DNA of 64,000 nucleotides from the NCBI GenBank assembly GCA_963851265.1, contig CAWKNZ010000001.1, positions 96,001-160,000 of the forward strand, in the 5' to 3' direction. Positions within the stretch are counted from its first letter, which is position 1. Every line of letters starts with the position of its first letter. A program made the translations under genes and the position numbers. Positions 8,985 to 19,756 of the stretch are shown in pieces. The stretch comes from an uncultured Gemmatimonadales bacterium (GTDB taxonomy: Bacteria; Gemmatimonadota; Gemmatimonadetes; Gemmatimonadales; Gemmatimonadaceae). Below the pieces are notes generated by a model. It searched no databases and was not told the origin of the DNA. It saw only the letters and a program-made list of their open reading frames with translations.

Positions 8985-9757
8985 GCCGAGGCGAGCAGGA
9001 GGTACGTCGACAGCTCGACCATCTGGTTGGCCGCGCCGAGGCAGTCGCCGGTCATCCCGCCCAGGCGGCGGCGGAAGTAGCGGGCGGCGAGGGCCGTGAC
9101 CAGGGCGGCGAGGGCGACGGCCGCGGCGACCGCGGCCGCGCCTAACGGTACGAGCGCGGCGGCGGTGACGGCGAGCGCGGCGACGGTCCCCGCCGCGAGC
9201 CGCGGCGTGGTCACGCTCGCCGCGAACGGGCGACTCTTGGCGCCGGGCTCCTCGTCCGGGCGCACGTAGGGCAGTCCCCAGATCAGCGGCAGGCTCGACC
9301 AGCGGCCGAGGGCGTGCGCGGCGACCAGGGCGCGGACCGCCGTGCCCGCGTGCGCGTCGGCGACCGCGGCGACGGCGCCCACCTTGGCGAGCAGGGCGAG
9401 CCCGAGCCCGACCGCGCCGTACGACCCGATGCGGCTGTCCTTCATGATCGCGAGCACCTGCCGCTTGTCCCACCCCCCGCCGAAGCCGTCGCAGCTGTCG
9501 GCGAGGGCGTCCTCGTGGAACGCGCCCGTGAGCCACACCGTGGCCGCGGTCGAGAGTGCGGCCGCGACGAAGGGCGGCCAGACGCGTGCGGCGACCCAGA
9601 GGACCGCGCCGCCCGCGAGCCCGACGATCACACCGACGGCCGGGAAGTAGGCCGTCGAGCGCGCGAGGTGCGCGGGATCGTAGCCCACCCAGCGCGGGAC
9701 CGGAATCCGCGTGAGGAACATGACCGCGGTCAAGAAGACGCGGAGCTCGTCGATCAC
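8969..9757 (-). CDS. cobS: adenosylcobinamide-GDP ribazoletransferase (cobalamin synthase)
   Basis: FLTRIPVP, LTGAFHEDALADSCDGFGG, IMKDSRIGSYG, GGMTGDCLGA. Confidence 0.95.
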   Translation of the reverse strand: MIDELRVFLTAVMFLTRIPVPRWVGYDPAHLARSTAYFPAVGVIVGLAGGAVLWVAARVWPPFVAAALSTAATVWLTGAFHEDALADSCDGFGGGWDKRQVLAIMKDSRIGSYGAVGLGLALLAKVGAVAAVADAHAGTAVRALVAAHALGRWSSLPLIWGLPYVRPDEEPGAKSRPFAASVTTPRLAAGTVAALAVTAAALVPLGAAAVAAAVALAALVTALAARYFRRRLGGMTGDCLGAANQMVELSTYLLLASAWLRR

Positions 9758-10422
9758 GGGCGGCAGTCGAGCAGCACCGCCGACGCGTTGGGCTGCGCGA
9801 CGGACCAGAAGGCGGCAGGCGGGAGGCCGCGGGCGTGGAGCAGGATGACGCGGTTGACGTGGCCGTGGGCGAACACGACGATCGTGCGGCCGGGGTGCGC
9901 GCCGACCAGTTGGTCCCAGGCGGGGATCACGCGCGCGGCGAGCGCGTCGAGCGATTCGCCGCCGGGCGGGGCCACGCTCCAGGGGTCGGCGTTCCACCGG
10001 GCGTCGAGGTCGGGCCAGCGCGCCCGGCGCTCGTCGGGCGCGACGCCTTCCCACGCGCCGTAGCCGAATTCCCCGAACGCCGGGACGAGTTCGACGCGGA
10101 GCGGACCGCCGTCCGGACGACCGGCCGCGCCGCGCCCGGCGAGGACGAGGTCGGCGGTCTCGCGCGCGCGGGCGAGCGGCGACGTGTAGGCGGCGTCGAA
10201 GGCGACCGGGGCGAGGCGTGCGGCGAGCGCGAGCGCTTGCGCGCGTCCGCGCGGCGAGAGCGGCACGTCGCGCGAGCCCTGGTAAACGCCGCGCGCGTTC
10301 CAGTCCGTCTCGCCGTGCCGGACGAGCACGGCGCGCGTGCGCGCGGCGCCGCGCACGACCTCCCACGTTTCTGCGGGCCCGGGGCCCGCGACGGCGCCCA
10401 CCGTGGCCCCGGGCGCGCTCAC
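9754..10422 (-). CDS. second histidine phosphatase family protein
   Basis: LVRHGETDWN...QG, YTSPLARARETA, YGAWEG, PPGGES, VFAHG. Confidence 0.85.
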   Translation of the reverse strand: MSAPGATVGAVAGPGPAETWEVVRGAARTRAVLVRHGETDWNARGVYQGSRDVPLSPRGRAQALALAARLAPVAFDAAYTSPLARARETADLVLAGRGAAGRPDGGPLRVELVPAFGEFGYGAWEGVAPDERRARWPDLDARWNADPWSVAPPGGESLDALAARVIPAWDQLVGAHPGRTIVVFAHGHVNRVILLHARGLPPAAFWSVAQPNASAVLLDCRP

Positions 10423-11063
10423 AGCTCGATGCCGGGCTGCGCGCCAATACCCTGGTCGGCGTAGGGGTGCTTGACGACGCGCATCTCCGTGACGAGGTCG
10501 GCCGCGGTGACGAGTGCCTCGGGCGCGTCGCGTCCGGTGATCACCACGTGGGTGCCCACGGGCCGCGCGCGGATGGCGGCGAGCACCTCGCCGACGTCGA
10601 GCCAGCCGTAGTTGAAGGCGTAGGTCATCTCGTCGAAGATGAGCACGTCGAACTCGCCGCCGGCGAGCGCGGCCCGGCACCGCTCCCACCCCGCCTCGGC
10701 GAGGGCGCGGTCGGCGGCGATGTCGTCCGAGAGCCAGGTGAAGCCGTCGCCTAACGGCACGATTTCGACGCCGAGGCGGGCGGCGGCGACGTGCTCGCCG
10801 TAGGGGTTGGCGGCGCTCTTGATGAACTGGAACATCGCCACCCGCATGTCGCGCCCGGCGGCGCGGAGGAGCAGGCCGAGCGCGGCGGTCGTCTTGCCCT
10901 TGCCGTGGCCGGTGTTGACGATGAGCAACCCGTGGCGCCGCTCGCGCGGGGGGACGCGGTACGGGCCGGGCCGCTTCTGTTTGGGGCGCGGCGCGCGGCG
11001 CCCCGCGGGCGTGGTCGCCGCGGCGTCGGCGGGCGGGGTCGAGGGGTCGTTCGGGTCAGCCAC
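10419..11063 (-). CDS. cobO: cob(I)yrinic acid a,c-diamide adenosyltransferase (CobA/CobO/BtuR)
   Basis: NTGHGKGKTTAALG, QFIK, FDEMTYA, VITGRDAP, ADLVTEM..VKHPY, AQPGIEL. Confidence 0.95.
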   Translation of the reverse strand: MADPNDPSTPPADAAATTPAGRRAPRPKQKRPGPYRVPPRERRHGLLIVNTGHGKGKTTAALGLLLRAAGRDMRVAMFQFIKSAANPYGEHVAAARLGVEIVPLGDGFTWLSDDIAADRALAEAGWERCRAALAGGEFDVLIFDEMTYAFNYGWLDVGEVLAAIRARPVGTHVVITGRDAPEALVTAADLVTEMRVVKHPYADQGIGAQPGIEL

Positions 11064-12204
11064 GGTCGGCGGTCGAAGAGGGGGGGGCCTGCGGCGCGTC
11101 GGTGCGCGCGCGGCGGTCGGCGCCGCCGAGCGCGTCGCCGAGCGCGTCGGCGAGTGCGTCGGCGAGGCGCGCGTTCTCGGGCGGCGTGCGCGCGGCCACG
11201 CGCACGTGGGCGGGGAGCCCGAACGAGGCGCAGTCGCGCACGCGCAGCGCGTGGCGGTCGCGCAGCGCGCGCGTCAGCCGCGCGCCGGCGCCCGCGTCGT
11301 CGCCGGCGCGCAGCAGGAAGTAGTGTACGTCGGACGGCACGTCGCACGCGGGCGCGAAGGTGGCGCGGAGCACGGCCGCGGCGTCGCGCAGCAGGGCCGC
11401 CGTGCGGCGCGCGTGTTCGAGCGCCCCGGGGGTGCACGCGGCGACGGCCGCGGCCTGCGCCGCGGTCGAGACGCCCCACGGCATCCGCGCCCGATCAAGC
11501 GCGGCGACGGCCTCCGCGGTTCCCGCGGCGTAGCCGACGCGCACGCCGGCCAGCGCGTGGTCCTTGGTGAGCGAGCGCAGGTGTAGCACCGCGGGGTGTC
11601 CGGGCAGCGCGGGCGTGCCTAACGGCTCGCGCGCGAACGCGTCGAACGACTGGTCGAGGACGAGCCGCGCGCCCGCCGCGGCGCACGCGTCGGCGACCTC
11701 CCGCACGGCCGCGAGCGGCCACGCGCGCCCGGTCGGGCTCTCGGGGGTGCACAGGAAGGCGACGCGCGGGCGCTCCGCGGCAACCGCCTCGGCGAACGGC
11801 TGCCCGCGCGCGGGGGTCACCACGCGCGCGCCCGCGAGTTCGGCGGCGCGCGCGTACTCGCCGAACGCGTGACGCGGAACGAGCACGCCGGCGTCGCCCC
11901 GCCCGTCGCCGCCGCGCGCGAACGCGAGTGTGGCGGCGAGGATCAGCTCCGCCGCGCCGGCGCCCACCGCCACGCAGTTCTCGGCCACGCCCGCGTGGGC
12001 GGCCAGCGCGGCGCGGGCCGCGCCGCACGTCGGGTCGGGGTACGCGGCGAGGCGCGCGGGGGCGGTCGCGGCCCGGACCGCCTCGACGACGACGTCGGCG
12101 GGGCCGTACGCGTTGACCGAGGTGGAGAAGTCGGCCCACACGGGACGCAGGTGCTCGTCCCCCGACGGACCGCCGTGTGCGACGCGCCCGGGGGTGACGC
12201 TCAC
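11056..12204 (-). CDS. cobD: L-threonine-O-3-phosphate decarboxylase-like PLP enzyme
   Basis: HGG, DFSTSVNAYGP, YPDP, GAAELI, DQSF, LRSLTKDHALAGVRVGY, VRDCASFGL; cob operon context. Symbol follows Salmonella usage. Confidence 0.8.
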   Translation of the reverse strand: MSVTPGRVAHGGPSGDEHLRPVWADFSTSVNAYGPADVVVEAVRAATAPARLAAYPDPTCGAARAALAAHAGVAENCVAVGAGAAELILAATLAFARGGDGRGDAGVLVPRHAFGEYARAAELAGARVVTPARGQPFAEAVAAERPRVAFLCTPESPTGRAWPLAAVREVADACAAAGARLVLDQSFDAFAREPLGTPALPGHPAVLHLRSLTKDHALAGVRVGYAAGTAEAVAALDRARMPWGVSTAAQAAAVAACTPGALEHARRTAALLRDAAAVLRATFAPACDVPSDVHYFLLRAGDDAGAGARLTRALRDRHALRVRDCASFGLPAHVRVAARTPPENARLADALADALGDALGGADRRARTDAPQAPPSSTADRG

Positions 12205-12211
12205 GCGACCG

Positions 12212-13189
12212 TCACCGGCGACGACCCTCGAGTGCGACGGCGGCCGCAGCCGCGAGCGCGACCGCGGCGCCGACCACGCGCCGCGCGCGGGCGAGGTCGC
12301 CCGCCACCGGCGCGCGGCCGGCCGCGTGCAGCACGTACAGCCGGCCGGCGCCGTCGGCTGCCGCGCCGCGCTTGTCGAGCCGCACGCCGAGCGCGCCGGC
12401 CATCGCCGCCATCGGCCAGCCGGCGTTGGGGCTCGGCGTGCGCCGGGCGTCGGCGCGGGCGGCGCCTAACGCCCGACGGGTGGACCCGCCGCCCGCGGGG
12501 GCGGCGAGCGCGACGAGCAGGGCGGCGAGCCGCGCCGGCGCGAGGTTGAGCGCGTCGTCCGCGCGCGCCGCCGCCTTGCCGAACCATTCGAGCTCGGGCG
12601 TGCGGTAGCCGAGCATGGCGTCGGCGGTGTTCACGAAGCGGTGGGCGTAGGCGAGCGCGAGTCCGCCGGCCGCGTGCGCGAGGAGCGGTGCGACCACGCC
12701 GTCGCCCAGATTCTCGGCGAGCGACTCGATCGCCGCGCCGGCCACCTCGGACGCCGTGAGGTGCGCGGTGTCGCGCGAGACGAGGTGCCACGCGAGCAGT
12801 CGCCGCGCCTCGGGGAGGTCGCCGCGGCCGAGGGCGCGCTCCACCGCGCCGCCGGCCGCGAGCAGCGCGCGCACGGCGAACGCGGGCTTGAGCAGGAGCC
12901 CGCCGAGCGCCGTGCGGAGCCGCGCGTCGGGCACCCGCGCGAGCGCCCGCTCGGCGAGGAGCCCGGCCGCGCCCGCGGCCAGCGCGCCCGCGCCTAACGT
13001 CGCCGCGCCCGCGATCAGGGCGGCCGCCGGCGACCGGCGCGCGCCGGCGTGCCACGCGCGCGCGCGGCCGAGTGGGCGCCCCATCCAGACCGTCGGGTGG
13101 AGCGCGTTCGGCGGCTCGCCGAGGACGATGTCGGCCGCGAGGGCCGCGGCGACGCGCGCCGCGCGTCGCGGCGGAGGAGAAACGATCAG
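12212..13189 (-). CDS. cbiB: adenosylcobinamide-phosphate synthase; apparent CTG start
   Basis: [83 protein letters not shown]. Confidence 0.92.
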   Translation of the reverse strand: MIVSPPPRRAARVAAALAADIVLGEPPNALHPTVWMGRPLGRARAWHAGARRSPAAALIAGAATLGAGALAAGAAGLLAERALARVPDARLRTALGGLLLKPAFAVRALLAAGGAVERALGRGDLPEARRLLAWHLVSRDTAHLTASEVAGAAIESLAENLGDGVVAPLLAHAAGGLALAYAHRFVNTADAMLGYRTPELEWFGKAAARADDALNLAPARLAALLVALAAPAGGGSTRRALGAARADARRTPSPNAGWPMAAMAGALGVRLDKRGAAADGAGRLYVLHAAGRAPVAGDLARARRVVGAAVALAAAAAVALEGRRR

Positions 13190-14277
13190 AACGTGCGAAT
13201 CTGGATGTCGGACGGCCCCGCGCCGACCGCGACGCTGTCGCGCAGCGCGAACGTGCCCGCGCTGTAGACGAACACCTGCGGGGCGAGCGCCGGATTTGCG
13301 CTGCCGAAGAACACCTGGTACAGCGAGCCGTCGGTGGTCGCCGCGGCGCCGAACGCGCCGCGGCACGTGCCCGTGGTCCCGATCGGGGCGCACACCGGGT
13401 TGGACGGGCCGCGCACGAACTGGCGCGTGGCCGTGTTCCACACGAGCGTGCCGAAGTAGTAGCCCGAGACGTAGGCGAGGCCGTTGGCGTCGATCGTGAT
13501 CCCGCCGGGTCCGACGCCCATCCCCGGGACGGTGGTCTCGAGGGCCATCGTCGTCGGGTTGATCACCCCGAGGCTCCCCGGCGTCACGTAGTCGCCGGTG
13601 TTGACGACGTAGATCTTGCCGTCCGGGCCCACCGCGGCGGAGGTCGCGTTCGTGCCGCCGGTCGACACCGTGCCGGTGACCGTCATCGTCGCCGGGTCGA
13701 TCGCCGTCACGATGCTGTTGCCGATCGGGGCGTAGCTGGCGTTGAGGTTGCCCGAGACGACGAAGACGCGGTTGGCGGCTACCACCACCTCGGTCGGCGC
13801 CGGCGCGACGCCGACGGTGGTGGTGATCGCGTCGCCGGTTTGGCCGACGCGGAAGCGGCCGACGGTGTTGTTGCCCGTGTTGGCCGCGACGACGGTGCTG
13901 TCGTCCACCCACGCCGAGCCCGTCGCGTTGCCGGACGCGAAGGTGAAGAAGCGCTTCACGGTCCCGCCCGCGAGGTCGACGAGCGCGACGCTCGCCGCGT
14001 CGCCGAGCGGCACGGCGGCGCTGCGGCCCCGGAGCGAGAGGCTGACCGGCGTCACCGTGCTGCTGCTGCCTAACGGAATGGTCTGCGTGGTCGTCGGGCT
14101 GCCGAGCTGGAAGAGCGTGAGCGCGTGCCCCGTCGAGTTGACGACGACGCCGATCTGGTGGTTGCTGGAAGTGCCGCCGAGGAACCCGGGGGCGACCGGG
14201 TTGGTGACGGAGTCGCTGCTGCACCCCGCGGCGGCCAGCACGAGGAATGCGGCGGCGGGGCGGACGGAAGTGTGCAC
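13186..14277 (-). CDS. YncE-like beta-propeller lipoprotein (BtuG-like candidate)
   Basis: Lipobox LAAAGC; repeated [15 protein letters not shown] / VGAGPSDI (YVTN-like) blades; directly downstream of the TonB receptor. Confidence 0.75.
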   Translation of the reverse strand: MHTSVRPAAAFLVLAAAGCSSDSVTNPVAPGFLGGTSSNHQIGVVVNSTGHALTLFQLGSPTTTQTIPLGSSSTVTPVSLSLRGRSAAVPLGDAASVALVDLAGGTVKRFFTFASGNATGSAWVDDSTVVAANTGNNTVGRFRVGQTGDAITTTVGVAPAPTEVVVAANRVFVVSGNLNASYAPIGNSIVTAIDPATMTVTGTVSTGGTNATSAAVGPDGKIYVVNTGDYVTPGSLGVINPTTMALETTVPGMGVGPGGITIDANGLAYVSGYYFGTLVWNTATRQFVRGPSNPVCAPIGTTGTCRGAFGAAATTDGSLYQVFFGSANPALAPQVFVYSAGTFALRDSVAVGAGPSDIQIRTF

Positions 14278-14300
14278 GGGCGTTGGGTGGAGTGGAGAGG

Positions 14301-16619
14301 TCAGGGACGCACGGCGCCGCGCCGCAGGCGGAGCGCGACGCTCCACGTGCGGCCGGGGAACGGGTAGTCGATCAGCATCGCGGCCGACCGGTCGAAGAGG
14401 TTCTCGACGCCGGCGGTCGCGTCGAGCGCCCAGCCGCTGGCCGCGTTAGGCCGGGCGACGGGCACCGCCAGTCGCGCGTCGGTGCGCCAGTAGGGCGCGA
14501 GCGAGTTCACGGCGTAGCCCGGGACGGTGCGGCGCTCGCCGACGTAGCGCGCGACGACGTCGACGCGCGTGCCGGCGGGGGCGAGGCGCGGCACGAGCGC
14601 GCCGCCCGAGACGCTCGCCGTCGTGCGCGGGCGGTAGACGACCTGCCCGCCGAGCACCGGCCCGGCGTAGGTCACGTCGGCGCGGGCGAGGGCGCCCCGC
14701 ACGTCGACGCCTAACGCGGGGAGGGCGGCGCGCACGGTGCCCTCGCGGCCGGCGCGGCGCACGTCGTAGTTGGTCGGGCTCCAGACGAAGCGGTAGTCCG
14801 GCATCCAGAGGATCATCCCGTCGACGTCGGCGCGGTACGCGCTCCCCTCCGCGTCGATCCGCGCGGGGCCGACCGGGAGGTCGCGCACGGCGGCGTGGGC
14901 CTCCCGCTCGCCGCGCACGCGTTCGGGGCGGAGGTCGGGGTTGGGGCGCACGAGCACGCCCTCGTGGAAGAACTGGTCGGCCAGCGTCGGCGACGAGAAC
15001 GACGAGCTGACCGAGCCGCCGAGCGAGACCCGCCCCGCGGTGAGGGCGAGCCCGGCCCGCGGCGACGCGACCGTGCCGGCGACGAGCGAGTTGCGGTCGA
15101 GCCGCGCGCCGGCATCGGCGGAGAGTTCGAGCGGCGCGCCGAGCACGCGGCCCGCCGTGCGTGCGAGACGGAGCGCGCCCCACGTGCCGAGCTGGCGCTG
15201 GTTCCCCGGCGCGCCGTCGGCCAGCTCGTTCGACCGCATGCGGTAGAGGCGGCCTTCCGCCCCGAGTTCGGCGGTCGCAGCGGCGAATCGGGCGTGCAGC
15301 GGCGCGGTCACGCCCCCCGTCGCGACCGCGGAGCGTGCGTCGACCGCGTCGTCGTACGCGGCGCCGAACGGCGGGGTCGGGTCGGCGAACGCGGCGCGCT
15401 CGCGGGCGAGCGACGCCGACCCCGTCCACGTGACGCGCTCGCCCGTCCACCGGCCGTCGAGCGCGGCCGTCGTGCGGTCGCCCGACTCGCGCCCGCTGAG
15501 CGACGGCTGCACTATGGAGCCGACGAGCCCGCGGGCGCTCTCCTGCCAGGTGGCGCGCGCGCGCAACGAGCCGCGGTCGCCGTCGAGCGCGGCGGTCCCG
15601 ACGAGGTCGCTGACGCGCGCGTCCGCGTTCTCGCGCCGCGCGGTGCCGCCGCCGCGCTCGGGCGGAACGTCGTACGAGAAGTCCCCGCGCTCGCTCCGTC
15701 GGTCGGCGGTGAACGACCCGCTCAGCCGCCGCGTGTCGCCGCGTGCGGCGCCGTCTGCCGCGCCGCCGTCCGCCGTGCCGAGTTCGCGCGTGCCGCCCAC
15801 CGCCAGTCCGGCGTCCCGTTCCCCCCACGCGCCCGTGCGCGCCGTGACCGACGCCTCGCGCTCCACGCGGCGCGTCTCGACGAGGATCACGCCGCCTAAC
15901 GCGCGGTCGCCGTAGCGCGCCGACTGCGAGCCCGGCAGCACGGTGACGCGCTCGACGGCGTCGAGCGAGAGGCGCGACAGGTCGGCGTCGCCGGTGATCG
16001 TCGAGTTGAGCGGCACGCCGTCGACGAGCACGAGCACCTCGCCCGCGCTCGACCCGCGGATCGAGGCGTGGGCGGGCGCGCCCGGCCCGCCGGCCTGCGT
16101 GACCACCACGCCGGGCGTCGCCTGCAGCAGCTCGCCCACGTCGCGCCGTCCCGAGCGCTCGATCGTTGGACGGTCGAACACGGCCGCGCCGGGCGCGTCG
16201 GCGGGGCGCCGGGCGTCGACGCGCACGGCGGCGAGCCGCCGCGCGGCGGCCTGCAGCGTCACGCGCACGACCTCCGCCCGCCCGTTGGCGATCGCGACGG
16301 CCACGTCGCGCGGCGCGTAGCCGAGCGCGCGGACGCGGAGCGCGTGCGCGCTCGGGTCGAGTCCGCGGAGCACGAAGGTGCCGTCCTCCGCGGTCGCGGC
16401 AGCCGCACCGGCGTCGTCCGCCTCGACCCGTGCGCCCGGGACGGGCCGTCCGGTGCGCCCGTCGACCACGCGCCCGCGCACCTCGCCCGGGACCTGTGCG
16501 CGCGCCGCACAGGGTGCGGCCGCCAGCGCCACGGCCAGCGTTGCGACGCGTGTGGCACCCGGCGTGGCGACCCGTGTGGCCGCCGGCGCGACGCGCGGCC
16601 CGCGCCTCCCCGCGTTCAC
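14301..16619 (-). CDS. btuB: TonB-dependent outer-membrane receptor, cobalamin (BtuB-like), with an N-terminal carboxypeptidase-regulatory-like domain
   Basis: Plug SIRGS...[11 protein letters not shown]...[21 protein letters not shown], barrel NPDLRPE, C-terminal GVENLFD...YPFPGRTW; lies under a B12 riboswitch. Confidence 0.8.
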   Translation of the reverse strand: MNAGRRGPRVAPAATRVATPGATRVATLAVALAAAPCAARAQVPGEVRGRVVDGRTGRPVPGARVEADDAGAAAATAEDGTFVLRGLDPSAHALRVRALGYAPRDVAVAIANGRAEVVRVTLQAAARRLAAVRVDARRPADAPGAAVFDRPTIERSGRRDVGELLQATPGVVVTQAGGPGAPAHASIRGSSAGEVLVLVDGVPLNSTITGDADLSRLSLDAVERVTVLPGSQSARYGDRALGGVILVETRRVEREASVTARTGAWGERDAGLAVGGTRELGTADGGAADGAARGDTRRLSGSFTADRRSERGDFSYDVPPERGGGTARRENADARVSDLVGTAALDGDRGSLRARATWQESARGLVGSIVQPSLSGRESGDRTTAALDGRWTGERVTWTGSASLARERAAFADPTPPFGAAYDDAVDARSAVATGGVTAPLHARFAAATAELGAEGRLYRMRSNELADGAPGNQRQLGTWGALRLARTAGRVLGAPLELSADAGARLDRNSLVAGTVASPRAGLALTAGRVSLGGSVSSSFSSPTLADQFFHEGVLVRPNPDLRPERVRGEREAHAAVRDLPVGPARIDAEGSAYRADVDGMILWMPDYRFVWSPTNYDVRRAGREGTVRAALPALGVDVRGALARADVTYAGPVLGGQVVYRPRTTASVSGGALVPRLAPAGTRVDVVARYVGERRTVPGYAVNSLAPYWRTDARLAVPVARPNAASGWALDATAGVENLFDRSAAMLIDYPFPGRTWSVALRLRRGAVRP

Positions 16620-17533
16620 GATGCGGCCCCCTCGAGCGGCACGACCTGCGGCGCCGCGTGCGCGCGCCCGCCGTGCCCGAAGGGCGCCACCTCCACCGGC
16701 CAGCCATACACCTGCGACACGCGCGCCGCGGTGAGCACCTCCGCGGGCGCGCCGTCCGCGGCCACCCGCCCCGCGTGCATGAGCACGAGCCGGTCGGCGT
16801 AGCGGGCCGCGAGGTTGAGGTTGTGCGTGACGAGCAGCACCGTGGTGCCCGCGTCGGCGAGCGTGCGGGCGAGGCCGAAGAAGGTCATCTCGTGCGCGAG
16901 GTCCAGCGCCGCGGTCGGCTCGTCGAGGGCGAGGGCGGCGCCCGGGGCGGGCTCGGCCGAGGCGTCTCGCGCGACCTGCGCGAGCGCGCGCGCCAGTCGC
17001 GCCCGCTGCCGCTCGCCGCCGCTCAGCGTGGCCACCGCCCGCTCGGCGAACGGGCGCATGCCGACGCGCGCGATCGCGGCGTCGACCACCGCGCGGTCGG
17101 CGGGGCGCGCGGACTCCCACCGGCCGAGGTGGGGGTAGCGGCCCATCTCGACGAGGGCGCGCACGGTGAGCGGGAAGGCGAACTCCTCGCCCTGCGGCAC
17201 GACGCCGACGCGCCGCGCCAGCTCGGCGCGCGGCCACGCGCCCAACGGCGTGCCCGCGAACGCCGCCGTGCCGCTGGCGGGGGCGAGGGTGCCCAGCAGG
17301 AGGGCGAGCAGCGTCGACTTGCCCGCGCCGTTGGGGCCGAGCACGGCCGTCAGGCGTGCGGCGGGCACGTCGAGCGTGACGTCGTCCACGGCAGCGCGCT
17401 CGGCGCCGGGGTGGCGATAGGTGACGCGCTCCGCGGTCCAGCCGGCGGCCGGGACGTCCGGCGCGGCCCGGACCGCGTTGGGCGACGCGTCGGGCGACGC
17501 GTTGTGGAACGCGGCGGTCGGCGGCGACGTCAC
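16616..17533 (-). CDS. btuD: ABC transporter ATP-binding subunit (BtuD/FecE-like)
   Basis: GPNGAGKST, LSGGERQRARLARALAQ, LDEPTAALD, THNLNLAARYAD. Confidence 0.85.
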   Translation of the reverse strand: MTSPPTAAFHNASPDASPNAVRAAPDVPAAGWTAERVTYRHPGAERAAVDDVTLDVPAARLTAVLGPNGAGKSTLLALLLGTLAPASGTAAFAGTPLGAWPRAELARRVGVVPQGEEFAFPLTVRALVEMGRYPHLGRWESARPADRAVVDAAIARVGMRPFAERAVATLSGGERQRARLARALAQVARDASAEPAPGAALALDEPTAALDLAHEMTFFGLARTLADAGTTVLLVTHNLNLAARYADRLVLMHAGRVAADGAPAEVLTAARVSQVYGWPVEVAPFGHGGRAHAAPQVVPLEGAAS

Positions 17534-18546
17534 GCGACGCCCGGCCGCCGCAGCAGCCACACGAAGAAGGGCACGCCGACGAACGCGGTGACGACGCCGA
17601 TCGGCAGCTCGGTGGCGCCGGCGGCGGTGCGGGCGAGGGTGTCGGCGGCGACGAGGAAGATCGCGCCGGCGAGCGCGGCGCAGGGCAGCAGCGCGCGGTT
17701 GTCGCTCCCCCACACGAGGCGCACCGCGTGCGGCACCACGAGCCCCACGAAGCCGATCGTGCCGCTCACCGCGACCGAGGCGGCGGCGAGCAGCGTGGCC
17801 ACGCCGAAGGCGACGAGCTTGGTGCGCTCGACGCGGGTGCCGAGGTGGGCGGCGGTCGCCTCGCCGACCGCGAGCAGGTTGAGCGGGCGCGCGAGCGCGG
17901 CGAGCACGGCGAGCGCCGGGGCGAGGCAGAGGCCTAACGTGCCCACCGAGCCCCACGTCGCGCCGGCGTGGCTCCCCATCATCCAGAAGATCGCCGAGCG
18001 CACCGCCTCGACGTCGGCGAACGAGAGCGCGAGCCAGATCGCGGCGACGAGGAAGCTGCTCGTCGCGACGCCGGCGAGCAGGAGCACGCGCGCGTCGAGG
18101 GCGCGCCCGACGCCGGCCGCGAGGCGCAGCACGAGCAGCATCGTCAGCGTCGCGCCCGCGAAGGCGGCCGCGGGCAGCGCGAGCGGGGTGCGCGCCGCGA
18201 GCCCCGTCACGACCGTGAGCACCGCGCCGGCGGCCGCGCCGCTCGAGACGCCGAGCACGTACGGGTCGGCGAGCGGATTGCGGAGCAGCGCCTGGAAGGT
18301 CGCCCCGCTCGCCGCGAGCGCGGCGCCGACGAGCGCGGCCTGCGCCGCGCGCGGCAGCCGCAACTCGCGCACGATGGTGACCACGGTCGGGTCGCCGCGG
18401 CCGGCGACGGCGCGCAGCACGGCCCCGGCGCTGAGCGCCGTCGCGCCGAGCCGCACCGCGCCGACGAGGGTCGCGGCGAGCACGGCCGCGAGCACGACGA
18501 GGCGCGTGGCGAGCGTCCAGCGCGAGGGCGAACCGGTGAACGCCAC
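17530..18546 (-). CDS. btuC: ABC transporter permease (BtuC/FecCD family)
   Basis: ELRLPR, QALLRNPLADPYVLGVSSGA, GTIGFVGLVVPH, ELPIGVVTAFVGVPFF. Confidence 0.88.
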   Translation of the reverse strand: MAFTGSPSRWTLATRLVVLAAVLAATLVGAVRLGATALSAGAVLRAVAGRGDPTVVTIVRELRLPRAAQAALVGAALAASGATFQALLRNPLADPYVLGVSSGAAAGAVLTVVTGLAARTPLALPAAAFAGATLTMLLVLRLAAGVGRALDARVLLLAGVATSSFLVAAIWLALSFADVEAVRSAIFWMMGSHAGATWGSVGTLGLCLAPALAVLAALARPLNLLAVGEATAAHLGTRVERTKLVAFGVATLLAAASVAVSGTIGFVGLVVPHAVRLVWGSDNRALLPCAALAGAIFLVAADTLARTAAGATELPIGVVTAFVGVPFFVWLLRRPGVA

Positions 18547-18547
18547 G

Positions 18548-19597
18548 CTACGGGGCTGCGGTCGCGGGCGCCGCGGTCGCGGGCGCCGCGGTCGCGAGGC
18601 CGGCGCTGACCTCCGGATGCAGCACCGCGCGCAACGCGCGCGCGGCCGCACCGATGTGCGGGCCCGGGCGGTTGACGAGGTTCTCCTCGACCGTGGCCAC
18701 GTGTCCCGCGCGCACCGCCCCCACGTCCCGCCACCCGCCGCGCGCACGCAACTCGGCCAGCGCCGCGCCCGGCGCCTCGCCTCTCGACCGCTCGCCGCGC
18801 GGCACGATGACGAGGTCGGGGTCGCGGTGGACGATCTCTTCCATCGCCACCGTCGGCCACGGCGCCCGCACGTCGGGGAACACCGACTGGCCGCCGGCGA
18901 GGCCGATGAGCTGGGCGATGAAGGTGTGCGGCCCGGCGGTCATTGGCGGGTCGTTGAAGACGACGTAGAACACGCGCGGCCGCGGCCGGCCGGCCACCGA
19001 GGCGCGTACGGCGTCGAAGTCGTGGTGGACCGACGCGGTGACCGCGCGCGCGGCGGAGTCGCGCCCCGTGAGGCGGCCGATCGTCGCGAGGTTGCGGAAC
19101 ACGTCGACCGTGTCCTCGGTGCGCAGCGAGAACACCGGCACGTCCAACGCGGCGAGCTTCTCGCGCACCTGCTGGCGCTTGTCGTTCTCCCAGCCGAGCA
19201 CGAGGTCGGGGTGGAGGGCCACAATGGCCTCGACGCTCGGGTCGAGGCCGCCGCCCACGGACGGCACCGCGGCGACTTCCGGCGCGACGTCGTAGCGCGT
19301 GCGGCCGACGATGCGGTCGGTGGCGCCCAGCGCGACGAGCGTCTCGGTCGCGCTGGGAATGAGGCAGATGATGCGGCGGGCGGGACCGGCGAGGTGGACC
19401 GTCCGGCCGCCGTCGTCGACCAGTGTGAGGCCTGCCGTCGCGGCCGAGTGCGTCGCAGCCGGGTGCGCCGCGGCGGGGTGCGCCGCGGCCGTGCGGTCGG
19501 CGCATCGCGCGGCGCCGAAGAGCACGCACGCGCCGAGCGCGAGCGGCGCGACGAGCGCCGCGGCGCGGCGGAGAGTGCCGATCGGGGGGGAAAACAC
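18548..19597 (-). CDS. btuF: periplasmic cobalamin-binding protein (BtuF family)
   Basis: RRIICLIPSATETLVALG, PSVEAIVALHPDLV, TAGPHTFI, RPGPHI; first gene after the riboswitch. Confidence 0.85.
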   Translation of the reverse strand: MFSPPIGTLRRAAALVAPLALGACVLFGAARCADRTAAAHPAAAHPAATHSAATAGLTLVDDGGRTVHLAGPARRIICLIPSATETLVALGATDRIVGRTRYDVAPEVAAVPSVGGGLDPSVEAIVALHPDLVLGWENDKRQQVREKLAALDVPVFSLRTEDTVDVFRNLATIGRLTGRDSAARAVTASVHHDFDAVRASVAGRPRPRVFYVVFNDPPMTAGPHTFIAQLIGLAGGQSVFPDVRAPWPTVAMEEIVHRDPDLVIVPRGERSRGEAPGAALAELRARGGWRDVGAVRAGHVATVEENLVNRPGPHIGAAARALRAVLHPEVSAGLATAAPATAAPATAAP

Positions 19598-19629
19598 GAA
19601 ACCCGTCCTTCGGATGCCGAGGGACGGGT
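19588..19629 (-). terminator. riboswitch expression-platform hairpin overlapping the btuF RBS/start
   Basis: Minus strand ACCCGTCC-CTCGGCATCCGAA-GGACGGGT then TTCGTGTTTT; the stem covers AAGGA upstream of the GTG. Confidence 0.55.
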
Positions 19630-19756
19630 GGGGGGAGGATGGGGCCGCGGGGACGGCCGAGCCGCGCGGAGCGGCCGGGCCGAACGTGACCGGTGGTCCG
19701 TGGGACCATCCACCCCGCACCCCTCCCTCGAGGGGCTTGCATGCGGGCGCGGGCGG

